Under the pieces are notes generated by a model. That model was given only the letters and a program-made list of their open reading frames with translations, was not told where the DNA came from and ran no database searches. Shown in pieces: positions 48,468 to 57,166 of a stretch of DNA of 64,000 nucleotides. The stretch lies in the IMG/VR virus record IMGVR_UViG_3300021091_000016. One strand, 5' to 3'. Position 1 is the stretch's first letter. Each line of letters starts with the position of its first letter. Position numbers and translations under genes: made by a program. Origin of the DNA: a virus.

Positions 48468-48665
48468 ATGAGATACGAAATTAAGTTTGATTATAAATCA
48501 GACGAATTGACGATTACTAAAACCAGAAGAAAAGTAGATACATTTAGAAAGTCTAGAGTAGCTAAGAAATACTTGAATCAATTGAGAAAAAACATCGAAA
48601 GATTAGAATCAATTGAAGTAGGATTTTTAAGCGACGAAGAGCTTTTAAATCATCTACTAGGATAG
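48468..48665 (+). CDS. Small basic hypothetical protein
   Basis: ORF track. Confidence 0.55.
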   Translation: MRYEIKFDYKSDELTITKTRRKVDTFRKSRVAKKYLNQLRKNIERLESIEVGFLSDEELLNHLLG

Positions 48666-48668
48666 CAA

Positions 48669-48836
48669 ATGGTACCGATATCAAAAGAAGTATACAAACA
48701 AAGAATAAAAATCTGTACAGAATGTGAAAGCTACAATGCTACATTACATCAATGTAAAGAATGTGGCTGCCTACTTCTATTAAAAGCATTTTTAAAAATC
48801 TCTGAATGTCCATTGAATAAATGGCCAAAGCAATAA
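48669..48836 (+). CDS. Small Cys-rich protein (DUF6171-like), 55 aa
   Basis: Manual translation: RIKICTEC...QCKECGC...CPLNKW; AGGA RBS. Confidence 0.7.
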   Translation: MVPISKEVYKQRIKICTECESYNATLHQCKECGCLLLLKAFLKISECPLNKWPKQ

Positions 48837-48845
48837 AGGACTAGC

Positions 48846-49205
48846 ATGAATTTTAAAGCATATTTGAAACAATTAACACCACTTGCGTTACTTAAGCTTG
48901 CCTTTCAAGACCACCTTGAGTCTTTAGGCTACAATAAAATTTCAGATACACTTTATATTCAGAATAATATCTCAATAGAGCTTCAAATGAATTCATTTGA
49001 ACCAACTATTGTTATACACGATAGGTCTACCAATACTGTTACTAGCTATTTATTCGAACCAAACATTATGTATAAGGACTCTGCAATCATTAAAACAGAA
49101 AGATTAGATGATGTATATTTCGTTGATGATTATATAGATCCAGTAAATGCATACACTCTATTGAAAATGATTACAGATAAAAAAGAGGAATTAGAATTAG
49201 AATGA
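48846..49205 (+). CDS. Hypothetical protein
   Basis: RBS. Confidence 0.6.
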   Translation: MNFKAYLKQLTPLALLKLAFQDHLESLGYNKISDTLYIQNNISIELQMNSFEPTIVIHDRSTNTVTSYLFEPNIMYKDSAIIKTERLDDVYFVDDYIDPVNAYTLLKMITDKKEELELE

Positions 49206-50386
49206 TTACATCTATAGTAGGCGCTCAATTTGGAGATGAAGGCAAAGGTAAAATTACAGATTATTTAGCTAGTGAATTAAACAATCCCACTGTAGTTAGA
49301 TGGTCTGGTGGTTCAAATGCTGGACATACTATTCAAGTATATGAGCGCGAATACAAATTAAAGCTAGTGCCATCTGGAGCTTTAAATAAAAATGCCACAC
49401 TGATTATTACTGGCAGCTGTTTAATTGACCTGACTAAGTTAATAAACGAGTTGGAATATTTGAAGAACAAATGGCTCGAACCAAAGCTAATTATTGATAA
49501 GGAATGTATATTAACATTACCTCTACATAAAGAATTAGACGTTAAAAATGATTCCGTACTAAATATTGGTACTACAAAATCAGGAATCGGTCCTACTGCA
49601 AGTGATTATGTAAACAGATTAGGAATCTCAATTAGAGATGTATTAAATGAAGAACATGTGGAGAGATTATTAAACGTAATTAAGCTACATGGTATTGGCG
49701 ATTTAGATGAAAATCTAAAGGAACTAAATTTAATACACGCCTTAAAAATATACTCAAATGTTACACTGCTATCTAGAAAAGAAGTGATTAAATTAATTAA
49801 GCAATCAAGCAATGTAATCTTTGAAGGTGCACAAGGTTCACTACTAGATATAAACCATGGCACATATCCCTTCTGTACTAGTACCCCCTGCCTGGCTTCA
49901 GCAATTCCTTATGTAACTGGAATTGGAAATCTAAGAATAGATAAAAATATAGGCGTTTTTAAAGCCTATGTTACTAGAGTCGGTAATGGAGAATTTAGAA
50001 CAGAGCTATTAGAAGGTAGTGTTAAAGAACACCTTCAATCTAAAGGAAAAGAAATAGGAACAAATACAGGACGTACTCGTAGAGTAGGCTGGTTAAACAT
50101 ACCAAATTTAATAGAAGCATGTGAGTTAAATAACTTTAATGAATTAGCTCTAGTAAAGATAGATGTGTTAACCGGATTAGATACTGTAGCAATCCTAGAC
50201 AAAGAGAATAATTGGTGGACTTTTGATGGTTGGAACGATGAAATCTCTAGCTGCAAATCTAAACATGAATTACCTAAACAAGTAATTCAAATTATAGAGT
50301 TTATCGAAAGCCAAACTAAATTACCTGTAACAATAATTTCTGTCGGACCAGACAGAAATCAAACAATAAGGATTCAAAATGATTGA
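49202..50386 (+). CDS. purA: Adenylosuccinate synthetase
   Basis: GAQFGDEGKGK, NAGHT, GTTKSGIGP, EGAQG, YPFCTS, TGRTRRVGW, SVGPDR. Confidence 0.92.
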   Translation: MITSIVGAQFGDEGKGKITDYLASELNNPTVVRWSGGSNAGHTIQVYEREYKLKLVPSGALNKNATLIITGSCLIDLTKLINELEYLKNKWLEPKLIIDKECILTLPLHKELDVKNDSVLNIGTTKSGIGPTASDYVNRLGISIRDVLNEEHVERLLNVIKLHGIGDLDENLKELNLIHALKIYSNVTLLSRKEVIKLIKQSSNVIFEGAQGSLLDINHGTYPFCTSTPCLASAIPYVTGIGNLRIDKNIGVFKAYVTRVGNGEFRTELLEGSVKEHLQSKGKEIGTNTGRTRRVGWLNIPNLIEACELNNFNELALVKIDVLTGLDTVAILDKENNWWTFDGWNDEISSCKSKHELPKQVIQIIEFIESQTKLPVTIISVGPDRNQTIRIQND

Positions 50387-51542
50387 ACGTTATTCCGATG
50401 CTTTTATTAGTTATTTATTTTCCGATACTCAAAAATTTCAAATTCATGCAAACATTGAAATTGAACTAATAAGAGCGTTAGAAAAAAACCCTAACATTAA
50501 ATATCTACAAATTACTGATTCAGACGTAGTAAATATTAGAAATCTAGAAAAAACAACTAAACATGAAACAGCAGCATTTGTACAATACCTAGGTAAGTTA
50601 ATTGAAACAAACAAATACTTACATTATGGCTTAACTAGTAGTGACCTTTTAGATACTACATTAAGTGTACAATTAAAGGGTGCGTTAAACTATACTAAAA
50701 TTAATGTCGATAGAATCTCAAAACGATTAAAGGATTTATCTAATACAGATTTAAAAATCATGGGTAGAACTCATGGACAACATGCTCAAGTAATTAATCT
50801 AAAAAGCTTTTTTATGAATCATTTGTTAGAATTTGAAAGAGCATTTAATGACTTAGATGAACTAGGCAAATCCTTGACTGGAAAGCTTTCTGGTGCAGTC
50901 GGTAACAATACTTTTATCAGTCCAGATATCGAAGCATCAATTTTAGAAAAATTCTTTTTACAAAGAGAAGAGTTTGCTACACAAATTATTCCTAGAGATA
51001 AAATTGCAAGAATTCTAAATGCATTAGCACTTACTGCTTGTGCTGTTGAAAGATTAGCCTTAAATATTAGGCTTTATCAACAGACCGAAATCAATGAGTT
51101 ATCTGAAAGCTTTAATATGAATCAGGTAGGTTCATCTGCGATGCCACATAAAAAGAATCCAATTGATTCAGAAAAACTATGCGGACTATCTAGATTAGTA
51201 AGAAGCAATGCAGGTGCTGCATATGAAAACATTTGCTTATGGCAGCAAAGAGACATGAGTCATTCTAGCGTAGAAAGAATCATTATCCCTGATAGCTTTC
51301 ATTTAGTAGTACATATGTTAACTACTTTAAATAATGTATTATCTAAGCTAGTAATCAATGAAGAGGCAATTAAAAACAATTGCAATGATATTGAACTATC
51401 TCAAAAGCTACATCATCAATTAAGCTTTTTGAATTATAAAAACGCTTATAAGAAAGCTCAAGAGCTTGCACTTAGAGCTCAAAACGAAAACAAACCATTA
51501 AAAGAACTAGTAAAAGAACAACTAGGATTATCTTTAGAATGA
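50379..51542 (+). CDS. purB: Adenylosuccinate lyase
   Basis: HYGLTSSD, GRTHGQHA, SGAVG, GSSAMPHKKNP, RDMSHSSVER. Confidence 0.92.
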   Translation: MIERYSDAFISYLFSDTQKFQIHANIEIELIRALEKNPNIKYLQITDSDVVNIRNLEKTTKHETAAFVQYLGKLIETNKYLHYGLTSSDLLDTTLSVQLKGALNYTKINVDRISKRLKDLSNTDLKIMGRTHGQHAQVINLKSFFMNHLLEFERAFNDLDELGKSLTGKLSGAVGNNTFISPDIEASILEKFFLQREEFATQIIPRDKIARILNALALTACAVERLALNIRLYQQTEINELSESFNMNQVGSSAMPHKKNPIDSEKLCGLSRLVRSNAGAAYENICLWQQRDMSHSSVERIIIPDSFHLVVHMLTTLNNVLSKLVINEEAIKNNCNDIELSQKLHHQLSFLNYKNAYKKAQELALRAQNENKPLKELVKEQLGLSLE

Positions 51543-52111
51543 AATCACACGTAGATTACTACGAAAGCTTTGTACCTGTAGAATATGCTAACAATTTATT
51601 TAATCTACTCAAATCGCAAATACCTTGGCGACAAATTATCTATTCTAAAAAAGACCGCAGTAATGTGGTTACTCCAAGATTAACCTATGTAACTGGTAAT
51701 TATTATTATAACCAAGGTACTCCTCATCCTGAATGGATATTAAAGCTAAAAGAAAATGTAGAGATACAAACTCAAACAGAATTTAATTTTATATTATATG
51801 GATATTATAGAGATGGAAACGATTCTATAACCTGGCATTCAGATGATGAAAACTTTTTAGGTCCAAATAGTACTATCGCAGGTGTATCATTTGGAGAACC
51901 TAGAGAGTTTTTATTAAGAAACAAAACAACAAAAGAAAAAGAAACCTTTAATATGCATTCTGGGGATATGATTGTAATGAAAAACAACTGTCAATCAGAC
52001 TACGAGCATGCGGTATTAAAAACAAAAGAAAATGTAGGCGAGAGAATTTCACTTACATTTAGAAAAGCAATAACAAGCTATGCAAATAGCAATTACTATA
52101 AATACAACTGA
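51539..52111 (+). CDS. AlkB-family 2OG-Fe(II) dioxygenase
   Basis: YRDGNDSITWHSD (HxD), YEHAV, RISLTFR. Confidence 0.9.
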   Translation: MKSHVDYYESFVPVEYANNLFNLLKSQIPWRQIIYSKKDRSNVVTPRLTYVTGNYYYNQGTPHPEWILKLKENVEIQTQTEFNFILYGYYRDGNDSITWHSDDENFLGPNSTIAGVSFGEPREFLLRNKTTKEKETFNMHSGDMIVMKNNCQSDYEHAVLKTKENVGERISLTFRKAITSYANSNYYKYN

Positions 52112-52122
52112 TAGGAGCTAAT

Positions 52123-52422
52123 ATGTTTCAATTAGAATTAACTCAACAAGATGTTGCTTCAATGAGAAGTATCATGAATCTGTTTGAAGATATTAATCTC
52201 GCGCTTTCTCAAAATGATAAAATTCAACTTAGCTTTAGAGAACTAAACTTTACTCCTACTATTGCTTTGAATCTAGTATTAAATAATTTATATGATTTAT
52301 ATTCAATCAAAATGCTAAAAGAAAGAATTGAATTAACAGAAGTAACTGCAGAAACAGAGGAAGTATATAATCAAATTTTAAATTCACTAGATTCACATAT
52401 CAAAGTATATGATGAGCTATAA
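52123..52422 (+). CDS. Hypothetical protein
   Basis: AGGAG RBS. Confidence 0.6.
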   Translation: MFQLELTQQDVASMRSIMNLFEDINLALSQNDKIQLSFRELNFTPTIALNLVLNNLYDLYSIKMLKERIELTEVTAETEEVYNQILNSLDSHIKVYDEL

Positions 52423-52867
52423 TGTAATTATTTATACAGATGGTGCATGTAACAAACAAAGAATTGGTGGTTACGGTGCTTATCTAAAGCATGATTCAAA
52501 TGAATTAAAGCTATCTGGATACGAAACAGATACTACTAATAACAGAATGGAATTAATGGGTGTTATTGTGGCTTTAGAAACATTAAAGGAAAGCTGCAAT
52601 ATAAATCTTTATACCGATTCTGTTTATGTAAAAGAAGGTATTTCTAATTGGATTAACAAATGGAAAATTAACAATTGGAAAACCGCAAATAGAAAAGACG
52701 TATTAAATAAAGACCTATGGTTAAGACTTGATGACGTCGTTAAAAAGCACAACATAGAATGGCACTGGGTGAAGGGTCATTCTGGAGTTGAAGGAAATGA
52801 AATCTGTGACAAGCTTGCTACAGATGCAATTAAAAAATATCTAGAAAATTCATTTGCAAACAAATAA
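52409..52867 (+). CDS. rnhA: Ribonuclease HI
   Basis: IYTDGAC, TTNNRMEL, YTDS, WVKGH..GNEICD. Confidence 0.95.
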   Translation: MMSYNVIIYTDGACNKQRIGGYGAYLKHDSNELKLSGYETDTTNNRMELMGVIVALETLKESCNINLYTDSVYVKEGISNWINKWKINNWKTANRKDVLNKDLWLRLDDVVKKHNIEWHWVKGHSGVEGNEICDKLATDAIKKYLENSFANK

Positions 52868-52895
52868 TTTACAGGATATAAATAAATAGAACTAA

Positions 52896-52969
52896 GGGCC
52901 TGTAGCTCAGTTGGTTAGAGCAGCGGTCTCATAAACCGCGGGTCAACGGTTCAAGCCCGTTCGGGCCCA
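52896..52969 (+). tRNA. tRNA with CAT anticodon (Ile2-like body, or elongator Met); CCA not encoded
   Basis: GGGCCTG/CGGGCCC-A acceptor, TAGCTCAGTTGGTTAGAGC D arm, GCGGT-CTCATAA-ACCGC anticodon arm, GGTTCAAGCCC T arm. Confidence 0.92.
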
Positions 52970-52978
52970 TGAAATTTG

Positions 52979-53053
52979 TCTAAGATATTTTAATAGTAAA
53001 ATGCCAAATTTATCCTTTTATAGGCGATGTAGGTGCAACTCCTACTCTTAGAC
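52979..53053 (+). ncRNA. Degenerate tRNA-like element
   Basis: TCTAAGA/TCTTAGA acceptor, TTTT/AAAA D stem, GTAGG-TGCAACT-CCTAC T arm; abnormal anticodon arm. Confidence 0.6.
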
Positions 53054-53194
53054 TTAAGCAGTTGCTGTTACTGTCAACAGTTCTTCCGCACCCGCCACAG
53101 GTGTACTGCGAATGTGGCATTTTATCTTAATCTTGTAAACATTTATTTTTTATGTTAAATTTCTAATATTTGATTAACTAAACAAAGGAAAATA

Positions 53195-53686
53195 ATGATT
53201 GATTCAAAATCCTTATGCTTAATGTGGCAGCTAATTGTGGCTGAAGACCCATCAGTGCAATTGTATGACTATCAAGTAAATGCTGCCTGTGAACATAGCA
53301 TTGATATAATTGAGTCAGCCAATAAATATGCAATAGACCCATTTATTCTATCTGCAATAGTGTATAACGAATCTAGATGGACTAAAGATATTAAAAACAA
53401 AGAAGGCGCATGTGGATTGGCTCAGGTTGTATATAAGTATAATCCTGAAAACGAAAGTAGAAAAAAATGTAATAAACTTTTAGAACCTAAAATAAACCTA
53501 AATACTTCAGCTAAAATAATAGCTAGTTATTATTCCAAAAGTAAGGACTACTACAAAGCATTAGCTTGCTATGCAAGCGGACCAAAATGCACCTACAAAA
53601 AATATGGAAACATAATTGTTGGCTTTGCCAATAAATTAAAAAGATACTATTCGAAAGTGAAACCAAATGTACAAAGCTCAAATTAA
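53195..53686 (+). CDS. SLT-family lytic transglycosylase
   Basis: AIVYNESRW, GACGLAQV, ALACY. Confidence 0.8.
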   Translation: MIDSKSLCLMWQLIVAEDPSVQLYDYQVNAACEHSIDIIESANKYAIDPFILSAIVYNESRWTKDIKNKEGACGLAQVVYKYNPENESRKKCNKLLEPKINLNTSAKIIASYYSKSKDYYKALACYASGPKCTYKKYGNIIVGFANKLKRYYSKVKPNVQSSN

Positions 53687-54296
53687 TCTAACCAGAACAA
53701 CCTGGGCTACTTATAGACAAATGTATCAAAGCATAATCTATGAAGAGGTAGAAGATGCTTATAGAATTGGATTAGCAATGTATAACAATCCAGAGATTTA
53801 CAGCTTAGATTCAATAACATCAGCTAACTTTAACGAAATATGTGAGAAGCACAATATTAATGAATTTAAAAAAATGTTAATTAATATCAATTGCTTTAAC
53901 ATCAGCAATCCTAAAAAGTTTTATAAGCCTACTAAAGGTTTTTTCGATAGCATGATGCCTAAGACTAACTTTGAAGCATTAGGAGTAAAGCTAACACTAG
54001 AACCAAATCAATATCAAATTGGCTTGGAAATAAGTAACAATCCTCTTACGAATCCACTATATAAAATATTCGTAGAATGCATGGAAAATTTAATTTTTCC
54101 AAATCGCTCAGATTCCAAAATTAAAGGTTTATCTTGCTGGGATGAAAGTAATAAAATCTTAATAACAAAATCAGGTCCTAATCCATACCTTCCTGAGTTT
54201 GCTAAAAAAGAAGAAAAACAAGTAATCAAAACGTTTCTTGCAAAAGAAACGCATACACAAACAGTGGCTACTACAGATGATAAATTTTTATTTTAA
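53667..54296 (+). CDS. Hypothetical protein
   Basis: ORF track. Confidence 0.6.
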   Translation: MYKAQINLTRTTWATYRQMYQSIIYEEVEDAYRIGLAMYNNPEIYSLDSITSANFNEICEKHNINEFKKMLININCFNISNPKKFYKPTKGFFDSMMPKTNFEALGVKLTLEPNQYQIGLEISNNPLTNPLYKIFVECMENLIFPNRSDSKIKGLSCWDESNKILITKSGPNPYLPEFAKKEEKQVIKTFLAKETHTQTVATTDDKFLF

Positions 54297-54383
54297 AGTA
54301 TTTTTAATCATATTTATTAATCAAGAACCTAATATTAGAGATGGAATATATCTCTATTCAACAACAACAGATAAGGTATTAGT

Positions 54384-55214
54384 ATGGAATATACAGGACT
54401 TAGAAAGCAAATCTACCTAGAACAAGGTGATGAAATTGGCTATGTAGATTTAATTCAAAGCATGGGTACTGACTTAACAATTGTTAATGCGGCGCGCGCT
54501 ACATATGATAAGTACAAACCAATTACAGATGAACAGCTTCCCGATGAAGATAAAAGACTAATTAAATATTTAATTAGTCACAAACATACTAGTACCTTAG
54601 AACATAATATCGCTACATTTCGATTCAAGGTGCCATTGTTTGTAGCTAAGCAACATATGCGTCATAGAACATGGTCATTTAACGAAATGTCTCGACGCCA
54701 TACATCAGAAAATATTGAATTCTGGACTCCAAATAAATATAGAGTCCCAGACCCAAAGAACAGACAACAATCAATTAATACAAATGATTTCAATCCAGTA
54801 GTACATATAACTCATGGAGAATTTAATTCCTATGAATGTAAAGCATCTGAGCTACAATTACAGCATGCTAAAGATTCATTAGAAAGATATAATGCATTAA
54901 TCGATGCTGGAGTAGCCAGAGAACAAGCCAGAGCATTACTTCCAGAAATGCTTTACACTACTTATTGGGGTACTATCGACCTTAACAATTTAGTAAAGTT
55001 TTTAGATTTAAGAGAAGGTGGAGATGCTCAATGGGAAATTTCTCAAGTAGCCATTGCAGTGCATGAATTTGCAAATATGCTATGGCCAGAAACCATGAAA
55101 AACTATAAGACTCCAGAGCAAAGAAAACTAGAAGAAGAAAAAAGAATTCAATTAGAAGTAGAAAAAAGAGTAAAACAAGAACTACTCAATTATCAATTAA
55201 CAAATAAAGGTTAA
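54384..55214 (+). CDS. thyX: Flavin-dependent thymidylate synthase
   Basis: HTSTLEH, RHRTWSFNEMSRR, EQARALLP, AQWEI. Confidence 0.93.
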   Translation: MEYTGLRKQIYLEQGDEIGYVDLIQSMGTDLTIVNAARATYDKYKPITDEQLPDEDKRLIKYLISHKHTSTLEHNIATFRFKVPLFVAKQHMRHRTWSFNEMSRRHTSENIEFWTPNKYRVPDPKNRQQSINTNDFNPVVHITHGEFNSYECKASELQLQHAKDSLERYNALIDAGVAREQARALLPEMLYTTYWGTIDLNNLVKFLDLREGGDAQWEISQVAIAVHEFANMLWPETMKNYKTPEQRKLEEEKRIQLEVEKRVKQELLNYQLTNKG

Positions 55215-55218
55215 AGCA

Positions 55219-55599
55219 ATGAGCAAAACTGTAAATGAATGGGTTGGAGAAGGTTATATCGCTACAGATTTATTACTTAGACATACTACAGATTCTGCAA
55301 GGTCTGTAACTAATTTTGTATTTCTAATTGATATGCCTTACAAGGCTAAAAAGGGACAAGAAGAAACAGTAATTAAAAAACGAGTAGAAAAGATTCCTGT
55401 GACTGCTTGGACTGGTGTTGCAGAAAATATTTGCAACACACTAGTAAAAGGTGATAAAGTGCGCTTAAAAGGCGCAATAAGAACCAAATTGATTAAAGAT
55501 AAACAAAACATTACCTTTAGTTCATTTGAGATTATTGCGTCAGAAGCAACTCTTATCTCGAGAAAAACAAACAAAAATGACGACAAAGAATCTGAATGA
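55219..55599 (+). CDS. ssb: Single-stranded DNA-binding protein (OB fold)
   Basis: VTAW.GVAENIC..LVKGDKV...G.IRT; charged tail. Confidence 0.8.
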   Translation: MSKTVNEWVGEGYIATDLLLRHTTDSARSVTNFVFLIDMPYKAKKGQEETVIKKRVEKIPVTAWTGVAENICNTLVKGDKVRLKGAIRTKLIKDKQNITFSSFEIIASEATLISRKTNKNDDKESE

Positions 55600-56317
55600 A
55601 ATTAGTGAGCTTTTAACATCTTTAAGAGAATTAAAATGGGATCCTAATTGGTTGAACTGTAAGAAAGTAGATGACGGATTAATAAACGCCATAAAAGACT
55701 TTCAATCACAGCATTTTCTAGAGCCTACAGGAATAATAGATTCTGTTACATATAGAATACTTTATAACTTGTATGGAATTAAAAAACATTCAGCATCAAA
55801 AAACAAAAAAGAATTAGAAGCAAGTAAACATTTATTTTATAATTCTAAACCATTGAATTCTAGAATATTAGTATATAATCATGTTTATAATACTTGCTTA
55901 AAACCGAATGCATCAAGCTTTGACCCTTATGACGACCATAAGCAAAGAGATATAAGTCAAATAAATGTAATATATGATTACTGTTTAAATACAGAAATAG
56001 ACACTTATTTGTCTTTACACTTGAAGCATTCAACGCACTTTCAAATTGATAACGATGGTTCTATTTATCAAAATTTAGATTTACATTGTATACCCTTTAA
56101 CAGAATGCCATACTTAACAGTAGATGAAAGAATTACTATATCTATTGCAAATATAGTAATTCCAGCTATGCTTTCATGGTATGAAAAAAACGATATTCCT
56201 AGAGAGATATACAAAAATAAAATACAAATGAACCACAAACAAAATTTTAGTTTAAATCAGCTATTAGATACTCTTAATAAATATTTTTCTATAAAAAATA
56301 CAAATTATTGCTACTAG
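55577..56317 (+). CDS. Peptidoglycan-binding domain plus degenerate amidase-like domain
   Basis: AIKDFQ..HFLEPTGIID..T; STHFQIDNDGSIYQ; start reassigned to MTTKN. Confidence 0.65.
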   Translation: MTTKNLNEISELLTSLRELKWDPNWLNCKKVDDGLINAIKDFQSQHFLEPTGIIDSVTYRILYNLYGIKKHSASKNKKELEASKHLFYNSKPLNSRILVYNHVYNTCLKPNASSFDPYDDHKQRDISQINVIYDYCLNTEIDTYLSLHLKHSTHFQIDNDGSIYQNLDLHCIPFNRMPYLTVDERITISIANIVIPAMLSWYEKNDIPREIYKNKIQMNHKQNFSLNQLLDTLNKYFSIKNTNYCY

Positions 56318-56467
56318 CAATAGAAAGTATAAAGTGCCAAATTGATTTAATCATTTTGGTCCAGCTGCAACCCTTAAACTAAGAGAGAAGATTATGTTTA
56401 CAAACATTCAAAAGATTTACAAGACTACTATAGCATTATACATGTTTATAGTAACACTGGTGCAAAT

Positions 56468-56740
56468 ATGGACATAGTTTATTATCTACCAAACTGGTTA
56501 GCAACTACAGTATTTATAATTGGATTCTATTCTAGCGGCGTAATATTGGTAAAAAGCTTTGAAGTGATAACTCATTACTTAAAGTTCAAACAATACCCAT
56601 TACACCCTATAGAATACAAATACATAAATATTCTAGAGGAAAATAAAATCCTAAAACAAAAAATATCTCAACATGAAGCTCAACAAGAAGAAATCTTTGA
56701 GCAAATGATTGAACAACTTAAAGGAAAAAATTATGAATAA
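56468..56740 (+). CDS. Small membrane/coiled-coil protein
   Basis: TM segment then coiled coil. Confidence 0.55.
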   Translation: MDIVYYLPNWLATTVFIIGFYSSGVILVKSFEVITHYLKFKQYPLHPIEYKYINILEENKILKQKISQHEAQQEEIFEQMIEQLKGKNYE

Positions 56741-57149
56741 GTATACATTTAGTCTACGTTTGACCTCTTCTTATAATCACGTAGAGGTAATCGCAGATGA
56801 TAGAGATGAAGCATTGTCTTTAGTTTGGGATAGAATCAATGATAAAGAAATCGATGTGGATGACGAAACAATCGAAGTTTACGATGAATCTGAAGAACCA
56901 ATTGAAGCTCAACAAAGCGGTTATACTCCTATGAGTGCATTAAACGCACAACAACCTCAACCAGAACTCGATAATGGTTATGTACCTATGGTTGCTGTCT
57001 CTAATCAAGACAATGATTTGCTAGCTCAAATTGCAACCCTACTAAGAACTATTGAGGATTGCGCTGCAAAGGTTGAGGAGCTAAGAGCAACTCAAGAGCC
57101 AGAAGTATTGCCTAACGGTTATAGACCCTTAGCAAGCAATAAAAGATAG
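56733..57149 (+). CDS. Acidic hypothetical protein with three GYxP repeats
   Basis: AAGGA RBS before MNKYT. Confidence 0.6.
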   Translation: MNKYTFSLRLTSSYNHVEVIADDRDEALSLVWDRINDKEIDVDDETIEVYDESEEPIEAQQSGYTPMSALNAQQPQPELDNGYVPMVAVSNQDNDLLAQIATLLRTIEDCAAKVEELRATQEPEVLPNGYRPLASNKR

Positions 57150-57166
57150 GAGTTGAGAGTTTATCT

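Noticed and set aside
49202-50386. PurZ (Z-genome) candidate
   Set aside because: Retains Asp in GDEGKGK (PurZ has Ser) and a PurA-type TGR.RR.GW loop; no DatZ/MazZ recognised in the window
53056-53120. Theta/HDV-like ribozyme after the tRNAs
   Set aside because: GCGAA followed by a pairing strand is suggestive, but P1, P3 and L3 cannot be built
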